Shown here in pieces: positions 12,469 to 24,679 of a stretch of DNA of 64,000 nt (its first letter is position 1; each line of letters opens with the position of its first letter). Source of the stretch: Felis catus (lineage: Eukaryota); the NCBI RefSeq assembly GCF_018350175.1, contig NC_058383.1, forward strand, positions 19,406,001 to 19,470,000, given 5' to 3'. The position numbers and the translations under genes were made by a program. The notes below the pieces were generated by a model. That model was not told the DNA's origin. It did not search any database and saw nothing but the letters and a program-made list of their open reading frames with translations.

Positions 12469-13082
12469 GTACTAACCACCACACTATAATGCCCCCCAAA
12501 AGGCACATGAAGGATAAACGTGCCCGGCCTGGGCTACAGGATGGAGGGAAATGAAGGAACTTCCTGAGAACACCTAACACTCAGAAAAGTAGGCAGGGGC
12601 TTGGCTATAGATCATGTGAGAAAGAGATCTTGGAAAGAAAGTTTAAAAAAGAAGAGAGAGAGAAAGAGGCTGAAAAAGGCAGCTAGGGGGCCCCTGTTGG
12701 GGAACAGGGAGGACGCAGAGGTGCCGAAGGAAGGTGCTTTGGGACACTTTTCCTTCCATAGGCGATCCTGTCACTTAGCGATGCCCCCCAGGCTGCGACA
12801 CCAAGTGTGAGCTCGCTGCCTCCCAGGCTGCGTCAGCTTGCTCTCAGAGCATTTCTTAGCGTCAGCAGACCTATGGAGGGTAAGCAGGATCCAGGCCAGG
12901 AGACACCTGGGAGCTTTCCTGCCTGGGGCCAGGATGAACCCGAAAGGGGTTTGAAGTTCATCTCCAAGATGGATTTTCTACCACAGACGCTGGGGAGGCT
13001 GGGCTCCTCCCCACTCCTCAGGATACACTCAATAACACCCAAATGCTGAAATGGAGACGGAGAGTGAGAGAGGCAGAGACAG

Positions 13083-13096
13083 TGGGGGGGGGGGGG

Positions 13097-13139
<43 letters not shown>

Positions 13140-13220
13140 GGAAGGCAGGAAGGAAGGAGCCGGTGGGGAAGGGAGAAGAGGAGGGAGGAGGGAGGAGGGG
13201 AAGGGGCTGGGAGGGAGGAG
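13083..13220. repeat. Poly(G), (GA)n and purine-rich tract
   Basis: Direct read. Confidence 0.9.
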
Positions 13221-13309
13221 CACTAGGCATGGGGCACACAGCCTGGCCCCTCTACAGGCTTCTGTTCCTTTATCCAGAAAGGGAGGACTCAGATGAGGAC
13301 CTTACTCGT

Positions 13310-13455
13310 GGAAGGTCCAGGCACCAGCAGTATTGGCTTCTCCTGGGGATTTGTGAGAAATGCAGAATTTCAAGCCCCATCCCAGAGCTGCGAATCGGAA
13401 TGTGCATTTTCACAAGAGTCCAGGTGGCTCACACGCACACTCCAGTCTGAGCAGC
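13310..13455. mobile_element. MER5A-like DNA transposon fossil
   Basis: agaaatgcagaatttcaagccccatcccaga...tgcattttcacaag. Confidence 0.65.
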
Positions 13456-13519
13456 GTGAGGTCTGTGAAGTCTTGCGGCGGGTCCTTCCGCCTGTGCTGC
13501 ACGCGCCCCCCTGTCTTCT

Positions 13520-13870
13520 GGCAAAGGCACCCTGATTTTCTTTTGGGAGATCCTCCCCCTCCCCACCCCCAGTCCAAGTGTTCATGTGGAACTGAGTCCA
13601 TGGGGGGCTGGAGCATAGGACAGGCCCGGGCGATCTGAGCATTAGATCCTGCTGGCCCAGAGCGACCAGGTGACAGAATGCACGGTGGAGGCTGACAGTG
13701 GTCACCTTGGTGCCACACAGAGCAGCATAGGGAAAAGCAGAGTTGAGAGATGGAGAACGGGCTGTGCGACACTGTCTGAGCACCTGGATCCAGCCATACC
13801 TGAACTGGGATTTCCCGCTGCCAAGTAAGAGAGCTGGCATTAATGCAGTTTTGCTGCTCTGATCTGAAGT
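13520..13870. mobile_element. Old MaLR (MLT1-type) LTR fragment
   Basis: gagcacctggatccagccatacctgaa motif; similar remnants near 27730-27890, 30980-31360 and 37485-38060. Confidence 0.55.
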
Positions 13871-16710
13871 ATAAATATGAGAAACAGCTCCAGCATTCAA
13901 GGAGGAGAGCCCCGGTATGCCTCTGTCCTCTGCAGCCTTCCCATCCTCCCTTTTCCCAGAAGCGCCCCCTCCCTTCCCAGGAGCTTGTCACAACTGCTCG
14001 CCTGGCCGAGAGGTCGGGAGATGGGTTTGCAGTAGGCATTAAGGCACTTAACCAGCAAGCCCTTACTGAACACGGACTGCATACAAGGTTCTGGAAGCAT
14101 GTCGAGATAGTAAAAAAAAAAAAAAAAAAAAAAAAAGTAACAACCCGTGCCCTGGTCTCAAGGAGTTCACACAGAACATGCAACAGAAGAACGTGTTTCT
14201 GAAGCAACGCGTAACAAAACCAATGTGGTCCCGGAAGAGTTTTAAATGCCGAGTGGGTGCCGGAGGGGAATAAATAGTCTCCCATCTGGCCTGCTCTCCC
14301 ACCGCAGCCCCGGGGCTGTACCTCCGCCACCACTGGAGGAGAAGGGGAGCTGCCTCACCCACATCAAGACGCCCACCTCCCAATAAGCGCACGAGGCTGG
14401 AGGGTTCCAACCCAGCCCCCGGGCAGCGCCCGCTCCCCGTCGCCCACCTTCACGTGCTGGTGAGCATGATGCCCGAGCGCCTGGCTGGCTCCCCATCTGG
14501 CACGTTGCGTTACCTGGAGTGGGTGTTTGTAAGTGGCTGCTTTCTCCTGCCTCCTGGCAGCGCCCAGACCCGGGTGGACCCTGGTCCACGCGTAGGGACG
14601 AGATTTTAAAGCCCTGACACCCGAACACCCATGTTCCAGTTTGCCCGCCCAAGGGCAGATCTTGCCCTCAGCCACACGCAACCCAAGGCCATGCTCAGAG
14701 TTATCTGTGTGTATCTGCCGCCCCCTTAGCAAAGCATTCTAAGAGATGCGCGTGCAAGCAGCTGTCAATGCGAAAGATAGACAGATGGAGGCTAGGGGTT
14801 GCCCTGTATGGTTGTTCAGGTTGTGTGACATGCAAACGGCTCCCTCTAGAGGTAGGAGAGCTCCGAAGATACTGACGGGCAGGTTTGGGGTGGGGAGGAA
14901 ATATACCCTATTTGATATGTTCTTCCCGGATTTTCCTGATCTCTTACAAATAATGGCGCTCGACACTCTGACAGTGTGTGTCGCGCAAGGTCGCCGTAAA
15001 AGCCGATGCTTTATGGGCTGTTTCATTTATTGTCCTCTCTGCAGGCGTTTTCAAAACTCAGACACAGGAAAACAAAGGAAAGGGCTTCGCGTTTTGACTC
15101 GTGAGCTTTCCTGGAGGTGTCTGCAGCTGCCTAGCCCACAACAGGAACCCGGTTACGACAGTGGAGTGAGAGCAAAGCCTTTGCTTTCAAGTGCAATGAA
15201 CTTGCTTTCCGGGCCTTGAAGGAAAGCCCACCCCCACCGTAAATTGCTGAAAGGCCGATCCCTTCACTACCAATTTAATGCTAAGAGCCCATGACGTTCA
15301 TCAAATCTGACAGCATTTTGGTAAACGACAGCTCTGTTGATTAGGCCGCTGTCCACCCAAGTATTACAAGGCTGAGGAAGCCATAAATCTTAATCCGCTG
15401 ATAGCAGGAGAAATATCTGAGGCTGAGACGTGGTGGGGGATAAAGACTGGTGCCAACAGGAGCCCATTGATCACCTCCAGGCCGGTCCACGGGGCAGGTG
15501 GCAGCTCAGTCCCGGGACGGGTTTTACAGGTGCAGCCGGTCAGGCTCCAGGCCAGCGTTTGGATGAGCCGGTGACCTTCCGGCGCAGGGATCCTTGAGCC
15601 CGTGCGCCTGGGGGAGCCCCTTCCAGTGGGGGCATCTCGACCCCGAAGTGCTTCCTAGTTGCGGGGGGCAAGCCCCTAAGAAGGGAGGTTATTCTACAGG
15701 AAGACACGAAGGCCTGGTCACCGGGAAGGGGCCGTGTGACCCAAAGGAATTTCAGGCAACACTCAGAACAAGTGGCCGGATGCAGGCTGGAGAGTGCAGA
15801 GGGCCACAGGGAGGAGGCAGAGTGCTGGCCAGGGGGAGACCGTGGCCGCCGTGTCCCCTGCTGACCCGGCTGTGGTCTGAGATGACACACCGAGTGCCTG
15901 TGTGCCCCCCACCATCCCTCCTGCTGGGCACAGCCATACGGGAGAAACCCCAGGACTGGGACAGGCTGTAGTGCCTCTCCTGACGGGGTGGCTTTTGAGG
16001 ACTGGCCACCACTGGCCACCGGGGGATTCTGCTTCCCTCACCGCCGCCCACCTCTGGCTGCCTCCAAGGATGGTGAGGCCCACCCAAAGGGGTGAGGGAA
16101 AGACTGCCTTCCTCTCTATCCTTCGCACCCGAAAATCCGTCCCCGTGTACTTCCTACCATGGAGAAACTTTCTACTTAACCCCACTTCTTGGGGCCAAAG
16201 GAAACCCAACCAGTGCCTCTTCCTGGTGCAGTCGGTACACTGGGGCTACTTACTGTCCTGGACAAGAAGCTAGGGGACCCAGGCCCCGCTCAGGGAACAG
16301 CTCTGGGGCGGGCAGGCTTTGTGTCATCCGACCCGGCCCACCTCCGCTCACACCCTCTCAAGGCGGGAGTGGGCATCTGGTCCAGGCTGACCAACTGAGG
16401 CACTGTCCTGGACAATTTCAACAAAGACTGGCAGGGAGATGACACGAAGGGGTGGGTCGAGGAAGCTGAGGTGACCAGGGGACTCTGGGAGCTAGGGAAG
16501 GTGCGAGGTGGAGGCTGGGGGATGAAGAGCCGAAAGCTGGAGAGACAAAGGCCTGCTTCAAAGCCTCCTGCCTGGTCCTCCTACAGCCACCTGGCCCCAC
16601 GGGCATCCTTCGGCATGGGGCAGAGGGGATCTTTCCAAAATGTGAGCCCAAACATGCAACTCTCCTACTGAAAACCTCCAGAGGATTCCCCACATTTAAA
16701 ATGGAATCCA

Positions 16711-16940
16711 GGGGCGTGGGGGGGGGGGCGGTGCCTGGGTGGCTCAGTCGGTTCAGCATCCGACTTTGGCTCAGGTCACGATCTCACAGCTCGTGAGTTC
16801 GAGAACCCGCATCGGGCTCTGCGCTGACAGCTCGGAGCCTGGAGCCTCCTTTGGATTCTGTGTCTCCCTCCCTCTGCCTCTCCCCTGCTCACGCTCTGTC
16901 TCTGTCTCTCTCTCAAAATAAATAAACATTTAAAAAAAAT
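16711..16940 (+). mobile_element. CanSINE
   Basis: G-expanded head, (CT)n, aaaataaataaacatt tail. Confidence 0.92.
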
Positions 16941-18313
16941 TTCTTCCAAATTTATTTCTAGAGCTACTCTCCCCCCGCAACGACCCTGTCCGTCTCCCCC
17001 CACCCCCCCGCCCCAGCTCCTGCGTAGCACTTGTTTCTTTGCTTGCTTGCTCCTGGTCCTCTGCCTGCCCGCCCACACACCCCGGAACCGTGAGCTCCAG
17101 GAGAGCAGGGCCAGGCCTGCCTCGGTCACGGCTCAGACCCCAGCGCCTGTCCGTGTCCACAGTGGAGCAGGTGCTCGGTAGAGGTCACCGAACGAACAAC
17201 GGACTGAATAAAGGAAGGAACACCCTGGAGTGAAGCCCTGAGGTCTCCAGGCAGAGCCGCCCTCGGCACCTGACCCCCACGGACAACAGTGACGTTCATG
17301 ACCGTCTACCGCCTGCTTCCTCTGTGCCGGGCGCTGCTGGCCACGTTGCACAGACACTGGCTCACCCGGTCCTCATGAACTACCCTACCAGGCAGGTGCC
17401 ATTCTTAACCCCAGTTGCAGATGAGGAAACAGGCACAGAGAGGTTGAGCAGCTTATCCAGGGCCACACAGCTAGGAGGAGGTGGAGCCCGGGCTTTGACG
17501 TACGGCCGCGGGGCTCCTGAGTCGGTACGCTTAAACGCCTCCTTGGATTTGTCCGTCCCCTGCCGCCTGGTGCTCCTACCCGAAGCTGAAGGACCCCCTG
17601 TGACACACACTCCGCCCGCACTCCGGGCGGCCTGGGAGGTTTGCACGCAAAGCTCAGAGACCTCACATGGCCAGCTCCGGGCACACAGCTAGGAAGTAGG
17701 TTGACCCCAAAGCCCATTCCCGTCTCTCCAGGGGACACAGGTTCAGACGCCCCAGGGAGCCAGGCTGGAAATGGAAAGGCAGGAAGCACCCCCCCACCCC
17801 CACCCCGTGTGAGAGCAGCAGTGGCCGCAGCACAAGGCCACCACACCTGCCACTGGGCCTCAGCTCTGGGGCGCTAAGGGGAGTGGTGAGGACTGCGGCA
17901 AACAGAAGCACTTTGCCCAGCCTTACGGTGGGGGGGGGGGGGGGTAGGGGGCAACCGCTACTCTTCTCTGCTAAAGGCTGCCTCGCGGAGAGGGGAGGCC
18001 GGCGTGAGGGCCAGATCTTTCCATTTTCCCAGGGAAGTAGGAATCTAGCTTTTTAAAAATATAGAAGAACTTTCTGAATTTAAATGTTAGCAAGTGACTA
18101 AGTCTTTTTTAAACTGTGTGAGTCCAAAAAACACCCTCCGGGGGACAAGTTCAGCCCACAGGCCTCAAGCTGCACGCTCCCAAGTCCAGCAGGCCATATG
18201 CCTGGAACAGTCACCACGTCTGTCTTGCAGGCTGGGCGGTCCCCAGGCCTTTATAGCCGACGGCGGGGGGGGGGGGGGGGGGGGGGGGGGACTCCTGGGG
18301 CAGGACCAGAGCC

Positions 18314-18640
18314 TTATCTGATTTTTTTTTTGTTTCGAACCCCGGAGCCCCACACAGTGCCCGGCCCGTGGTAATACATCTTTTTAAATGAAAGGCTGAT
18401 TTGTCTCGAGACATGGCTTCTACCCCTCTCACGACTTCCGCACGTTCTCCGGTTTGTCCATCTTGGAGGAGTGGTCCCCAAGGCACGGTAGTGGTGGGGG
18501 TGGGCTGACCCCCAGGACGCATTCCACTTCCCTCCTAGGGTGGCTTTACGTTCAGGAGAGGCCGGAAAGTCAGCCCGTGTTTCCCAGATACCCTTTCCGT
18601 GGGGGTTCTGGATGCGAGCTGGGTGCAGCCGATCCGATGA
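18314..18640 (-). CDS. KATNIP: Possible alternative terminal exon of KATNIP after exon 5 (108 aa + stop)
   Basis: About 55 nt of AG-free pyrimidine-rich sequence ending gaag|TCATCGGAT; open in phase 0 to TAA at 18314-18316. Confidence 0.3.
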   Translation of the reverse strand, partial: SSDRLHPARIQNPHGKGIWETRADFPASPERKATLGGKWNASWGSAHPHHYRALGTTPPRWTNRRTCGSRERGRSHVSRQISLSFKKMYYHGPGTVWGSGVRNKKKIR

Positions 18641-20512
18641 CTTCACACAAGGCAGGGGACGCGGAAATGAGGTGGAAACAAGGGGACACAGGCCGGCTGA
18701 TGCTGTGCTAACCACGGTGCCGAGGTGAGGGGTTTTGCAAGTGTCCCAGCCTGGCCGGACAGGCTACGGGCATCGTTGCTCTAGCAGGCGCGGCATCATT
18801 CGAGGCCATCGGTTGTGGTGGGAGCCACCTGGTTCCCGGATGACAGCTCAGGTGACCCAGCCCTGATGCGGATCCCCCACCTTCCCCACTGGGCCCTAGG
18901 GAGCGGTTCTCCTGGAAGGCTGTGTGAGAAGGCCCCACTCGGACCCCTTCCTCTTGTACACAGAGACCTTGTGAGCACCGGACTCCCTGTCTTCCATCCA
19001 TCTCTGATTAAAACGGCCTGAATGGTCTCTACTGTTAGGCAGTGACTGACCCCTGACTGATACGGTACAGAAGGACAATTACAGCCTTCACGGCATCGGG
19101 AAGCTAGGAAATTAGCCATGATTAGGCCCCGTGAAGTGTGGGACCACAGGGAGAGGCTGGGGAGGGATGCTAATTAATCTTAGGCCAAGTCTTTTAAATT
19201 GCACAGGCTCTGGGGCCGGCCATAAAGTCACAGTCTAAGATGCAAATATGGCTCCTGATAATAGAAGGCACTCAGAACAACCAGAAGGAGGGTCTGAAGT
19301 GGGAAGTGGAGACAGGCCTCCTTAATGAGAAATTAACATTCATTGCTGGGGACAAAAGGAGGCCTCCAGGCTGCGTGCCCTGGAGGCCTTGCTCAGCAAG
19401 CCCCGGCAGGAACACCCAGCCACATTTAATCACAGACCCACAAAGGCAGGGGAGACCAGTGGGTTTGGGGGTCACGGGTCCAGTGTTCAAACGTCAGCCT
19501 ACCCTCCTCCCTTAGCGGCTGCGTGACCCTGAGCAGGTCACCTCACTTCTCTGGGCCTCAGTTTCACCAATGGCATGATGAGGACAGTTACAGACCTACA
19601 GGGTTATCGCACAGATGGGCCAGCAAAGCTTATGGAAGTATTTACTATAGACCCACACATACAGCCCTGTGCAGAAGGTTCTAAGGGCAGTACACAGGAT
19701 TGAAAAGGATTACATACCATTGCTTAAGCCACACCTCAGACCAGGTGAGTCAGAATCCCTGGGGGGGGGGGGGGGGGGCTCCCCAGGTGGTGTGAACGTG
19801 CAGTGGGGGTTGAGAAGCACTGATCCCAGGCAAGCGGCCAGATAAGGACCACATGGGCAAGAACACCACGCTTGGAGCAAAGGTCTGGGCTGGAGTCTTG
19901 ATTCTGGTTGACCTTAGAAGAAAGCTCACTTAGCTTTTCTGACCATTCAAGTCTGCGGCTCCCTTAGAAGAGGAAGAACATTGGAACTTTACCCTGCAGG
20001 TCCGCCGCGAGGACAAAGGAGAGGAGTCACGCGGGAGCACGGCTCGTACCTGGTTGGCACTCAAGAACGCCAGCTGCTGGCGTCAGCACCATCAACAAGC
20101 AGCCCTAAGTGGCATCTCAGGTCTGTGGGGCAGGGGCTTTGCCTTGTTACCCACTGCATCCCTGGCATCAAAGACTATGCCCGGCACATAGTAGGTGCTC
20201 AATAAAAGACAGCTGTATGAACGAGTCATCACGAAGGGGGCTGAGAGTGTGCACGTGATCCTCCTGCGTAGGGCTGGGGTGACCCCATCCGGAAGGGAGG
20301 ATCACGCCACAGAGAGAGGGCTGGGAGGTCCCCAGTCTCCTCCATTCCCCAGGGGCCAGGACTGCATGCAAAGAGGCCACCTGCAGGGTGCCCGGCCAGC
20401 CCCACCGCTGCCCGCGGGGATTCTGAAAGGTTCTGTCACAATAACCCTGCTCCTTCTTCTAAAACATGAGCTCGGGCCATGTGTCTTGACTCTCCCCCCA
20501 GGGTTTCCTGAC

Positions 20513-20610
20513 CTGGTGCCATCCTCGGCGCTGAACTTTGGAAGGGGCTGTCCGCGAGTTGCGTCTTAAAGCTTCTTCCGCTTCTCGAAACAGGGTTCTT
20601 CGCCCGTAAT
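20513..20610 (-). CDS. KATNIP: KATNIP coding exon (exon 5 equivalent), 98 nt
   Basis: tctggtgcag|ATTACGGG...TGGCACCAG|gtcagg. Encodes (D)YGRRTLFREAEEALRRNSRTAPSKVQRRGWHQ; ends in phase 0. Confidence 0.96.
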
Positions 20611-22188
20611 CTGCACCAGACATGAGGGAAGGGGATTTGGTGAGGCGCCCGTGACAAGCTCACACCCAAGGCAGATTCATGACTTACATCTAAAACGCAC
20701 ATCAGGTGCCCAAAGTCCCGTCTGTGGAGCGGGCCACTGTAGTCCCATTGGTAGCCGCAGGGCGTTAGGAAACAAGCCAAATGCTCAGCGAAAAGGGCCA
20801 GGGTAGTAAGGCACAGCTGAATCAGGCAGGTCTGTATACAAAAGGAAAAATCTCCGACATACGGAAGCAGGGCACACACAGTGGGCACAATCGGCCAGCG
20901 TTTGTGTCAAAGAGGAGGGGGAGATATATTTGTTGAATGAGTAAAGATACTACTGCTGTGGCCCAAGAAAGACAACGTTACCTGCACCTCCCTGAAACCC
21001 GGACCAGGAGAGGCCTGCACCTGCCAACTAGCAGCAGGCTGGCCAGAATCCTCGTCCTTGAAACCGTGAAACCTAGAAGAATCATTCCATTCCCCTTGTT
21101 GCCCTGGGGGCCAGGAAGCTCATTCTAAACTCTGAGCTGAACTGCAGTGGCTCTCCTAGGGGAAGGTTTGGGGACATGACCTTCGCCTTTTATCTCCTCG
21201 TTTTGACTTTCACTGTCTATTTTACTGCTGTTTTGGCTTTTGCCGTCTATTAATGGCTTGGGAAATCTACCGTACCTGTAAGGCAATGAATTACAACAAC
21301 ACAGATCAAGATTATTGTGTGATGGACATTTTACATTTCTTATGTCAGTCAGTCTTCCTGGCAAGCCCGCAAGGTGGACGTGATTGTTCCCATTTTATAG
21401 AAGAGGAAACTGAGGGTCAGAGAGGACCCAACTGCCAGAGGTTTCAAAGCCAGAGAGTGGCAGAACAGAGTTCAAAGCCAGCCCTGCCTCATTCCAAATG
21501 CTCCTCCTGTCACTCAGTAGCACACCGGCTTCTCAGATAAAGCCGCCCGACGTGGAGGGCACGCTGGCGCCCCGGGGATGGGCACCCCTGTTAGTCCCAT
21601 TTGAAAGATGAGGAAACAAAGGCACGTGGCCAAATTGGGACCCGACCCCGTGTGCTCTGCCATTTCATTCATTTTACCGCCAGGTCATTTTCATTGGTGC
21701 CTGTTTTGGGCCAGCCCCTCGGTGGGGAGCGCGTATTGCCCCCCTCAGCTTTCAGGACAGGACACATGAAATCTGTTGAAAGTACGTGGAGCATGGATTA
21801 ACTAAATTCAGAAATGAACAGTGGGAATCAAATATCACACAGGGGTTAGGTACTGAGGTTAAGACAGATCCAGTGAAAATCGGGTATCATTTCAATTATC
21901 CTAGACATTTCCTTCAATTACTGGCATTATGAAACATAAAAGCCAGGAATTTACCGCCCTGGCCACCTTCGCCCTGGGGTAATGGAGGCCAAGATGACCC
22001 TTTAAAAGGAATAAAAAAAGGGTTTCTCTCTCTTTCTCACTCTCCTGCTCTCTTTCTGGCCAAGAGGGCATAGTTAGTGTGTATATAGGTTAACCAGTTA
22101 TTTGCTGGGAAGTTCACGCTCATCGGATGTGGGTCCGCGGTGCCGAACGAGCTAGCGCGTTGCAGGGGCCGGACGGGCCAGTGCTCAC

Positions 22189-22358
22189 CGTGCGTCCCTT
22201 CGGTGTGTGAGGCGCTTCTGGTGAAGTCGGAGTGGACAGCTTTCCGGGGTGAGGTCTTCAGCTCAGAGTTGGCCCCGTTGACGTAGACGGAGAAGCCTTG
22301 TTCCAAATGCTCCAGTCTCAGCTGCATGGGGTCCTTGGATCTCAAGTGCTTTAGTATC
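22189..22358 (-). CDS. KATNIP: KATNIP coding exon (exon 4 equivalent), 170 nt
   Basis: ttctcttccag|GATACTAAAG...ACGCACG|gtgagc. Encodes ILKHLRSKDPMQLRLEHLEQGFSVYVNGANSELKTSPRKAVHSDFTRSASHTEGTH; overlaps ORF 22037..22345. Confidence 0.97.
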
Positions 22359-23499
22359 CTGGAAGAGAAACGATCATTCGTTCCTTGTTCTAGGCGCCTG
22401 GGCCGCCCACCCCCGACGCAGGAGGGAGAGAACTACCGCTCTGATGGGCAAAGCATCTCGAATCGGGAGGCCGGGTGGCGGGTGCCCAGCTGTTCATCGA
22501 CAAACAGCCTGGAAGAGGCCCATTACGCACACGGAGAAGCAGCAAGGGGGAGACTGTTTCGGGCCCGGCAGGGGTGTTTCTGCTTTCGTTCTGAGGCTCA
22601 AGCGCAGGTTAGCGGCGACGAAGGCACACGTCGCCCTCGCCCCGCGGTGGCTGAGACAGAAAGCAGGCGTGTGTGCGCATTGCCTCCACACAGCCTGGGT
22701 TTCCTGGGAGACCCCAACCTCATGCATCTCCACGTTGTGTGGATAGTGGCACCTTCTCCAGCGTGCAACAAAACATGCTGGGTCTCAGGTCGTCAGCCTT
22801 TGCGAGAGATTTCCTAGAATATCTACGAAGCAGGAAACATCCCGCGTCAGACCGGGCAGACTGACTCCTTTTGCTTCGGGAAACAAATGCGTTCTCAGAC
22901 GCTCACCCCTGGTATCCCCAGTGTCATCATCTTATATTCCGATGCAGTGAAAGAACATATCAATGTAGGCTTTAATTCAAGATTAGTGATAGGATTATCA
23001 CACCCTCTGGCTGAAAGGGTCTCGGCGTGAACATGGCTGGCCTCTAGTTCAAGTTTTCTTGAAAGCCTTGGGTCTTTCCCAACTATACTGTAGTGCCATA
23101 AAGAGTGTGCGGCAACCNNNNNNNNNNNNNNNNNNNNNNNNNNNNNNNNNNNNNNNNNNNNNNNNNNNNNNNNNNNNNNNNNNNNNNNNNNNNNNNNNNN
23201 NNNNNNNNNNNNNNNNNNNNNNNNNNNNNNNNNNNNNNNNNNNNNNNCCTGGAGCCGCTCCCGGCTCCAAACCCCAGGGCCTCCACAAACGTCTCTGCGC
23301 ACTCCCGCGTCAACCGGATTTATTTCTGCACAGGAAGCGACGCGATCAAACCACATGACAACAAGTGTGCATCCCCTTTGTGATTAAATAAGTTCCTACC
23401 AAACGAGCGAAATGTAAATGTTTTTAAAATATAGAAATAGCAATCACCTGGAGGGTGCGTACTAGGTGCCAAACTCTGTTCTAAATGCAGTGCGGATAC

Positions 23500-24163
23500 G
23501 GGATCTGATGGTCGTCATTGGCGGTAGTTTCGCTCTGTAAAGTCACCGCAAACACTGAGTTGGTGACTAAAGAAACTTTGTCTCTAGGGCAAAACACGGG
23601 ATTTGGTTCCCGCGAGCCTCCGTCACAGCATTGTCATCGACCGATCAGTACATAACCTTGCTGTACGTGAGTTTCGGTTTAAAGGCACCTTATTTAACGC
23701 GTAGTTGATGCGCTGACATCGAACTCACGGCCGACAGCAGTGTTCTAACTCAGGCCTGACGGAAGCAAGCTCGTCCAACGCGTGTTATTTTCTCCTTAAG
23801 AGACATCATAGCCTTCTCGCGCTTGGGCACACGACACGGCACTTTAGCAACAGGCCCGGGGGCCAGTGTAAAACAGCAAAATCACCAACAAAAAACATGA
23901 AAATGTGGAAAACGGGGCACTGAGTATACTGCGAAAAAGACGCTTTGTTTGGGGGGGAAAGGGTTGGAACAAGAAGGTAGAGCGGTCCCGCGTTCTACCG
24001 AAGTTGGGAATGTGTGTGTCACAATGAAAATGTTTCACCCCTCTGCACGTGCCTTTCAATGACCACAAAAGCTCTGTAAATACTGACTTTGGGGTTACGA
24101 ATAAATTTCAGGGAGTGGGCGAATTTGGATTCGGGGAACACGTGAATCATAAGCATTGACTGT
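23500..24163 (+). mobile_element. Near full-length MER82 (TcMar-Tigger) nested in a MIR
   Basis: Colinear with the recalled MER82 consensus (taaagtcaccgcaaacactga...aaaatcaccaacaaaaaa...ttggggttacgaataaattt...gactgta); MIR halves on both sides. Confidence 0.8.
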
Positions 24164-24492
24164 ATTAAGGCATTAATCTTCCCCCAACAACCCTATGGGG
24201 CAATTACTTTTATTGTCCCCAGGTAACAAATAAGAGAAGGGAGGCACAGAGAAGTTGAGTCCTTTGCCCAAGGCCACACAGCTGGTACGGTGGCAGGGCT
24301 AGGACGAAAACGTAAGCAATCGGACTCAAGTCTCTACCACAGCAAAGACAACCTCTGAAGCTAGCCAGATGCCGAAACGGGCAAACTCAGACATTGCTGG
24401 TAACTCACAGAACCTTCTCAGAAAGCAATATGAAAATAGAGAAAATGCCATATGCTTGGTCTTTCCCCAGTAAGCCCATTTCGGCAAGACAT

Positions 24493-24679
24493 TCTTTTTT
24501 TTTTTTTTGAGAGAGAGAGTGCGCATATGTGCGTGAGCAGAGTAGGGGCAGAGAGAGATGGAGGGACAGAGGATTTAAAGCACGCTCTGAGCCCGAGGTG
24601 GGGCTCAAACCCACAAACTGTGAGATCGTGACCTGAGCTGAAGTCGGACGCTTAACTGACGGAGCCACCCACGCGCCCC
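24493..24679 (-). mobile_element. CanSINE
   Basis: Reverse-strand SINE. Confidence 0.9.

Noticed and set aside
13410-14333. 307-aa minus-strand ORF
   Set aside because: Runs through poly(T) (poly-Phe) and MLT1/MER5 remnants; no recognisable protein; chance ORF in GC-rich intron.
22037-22345. Stand-alone 102-aa gene
   Set aside because: It is KATNIP exon 4 read through into the intron.
23118-23247. ORFs crossing N runs
   Set aside because: Artefacts of assembly gaps.
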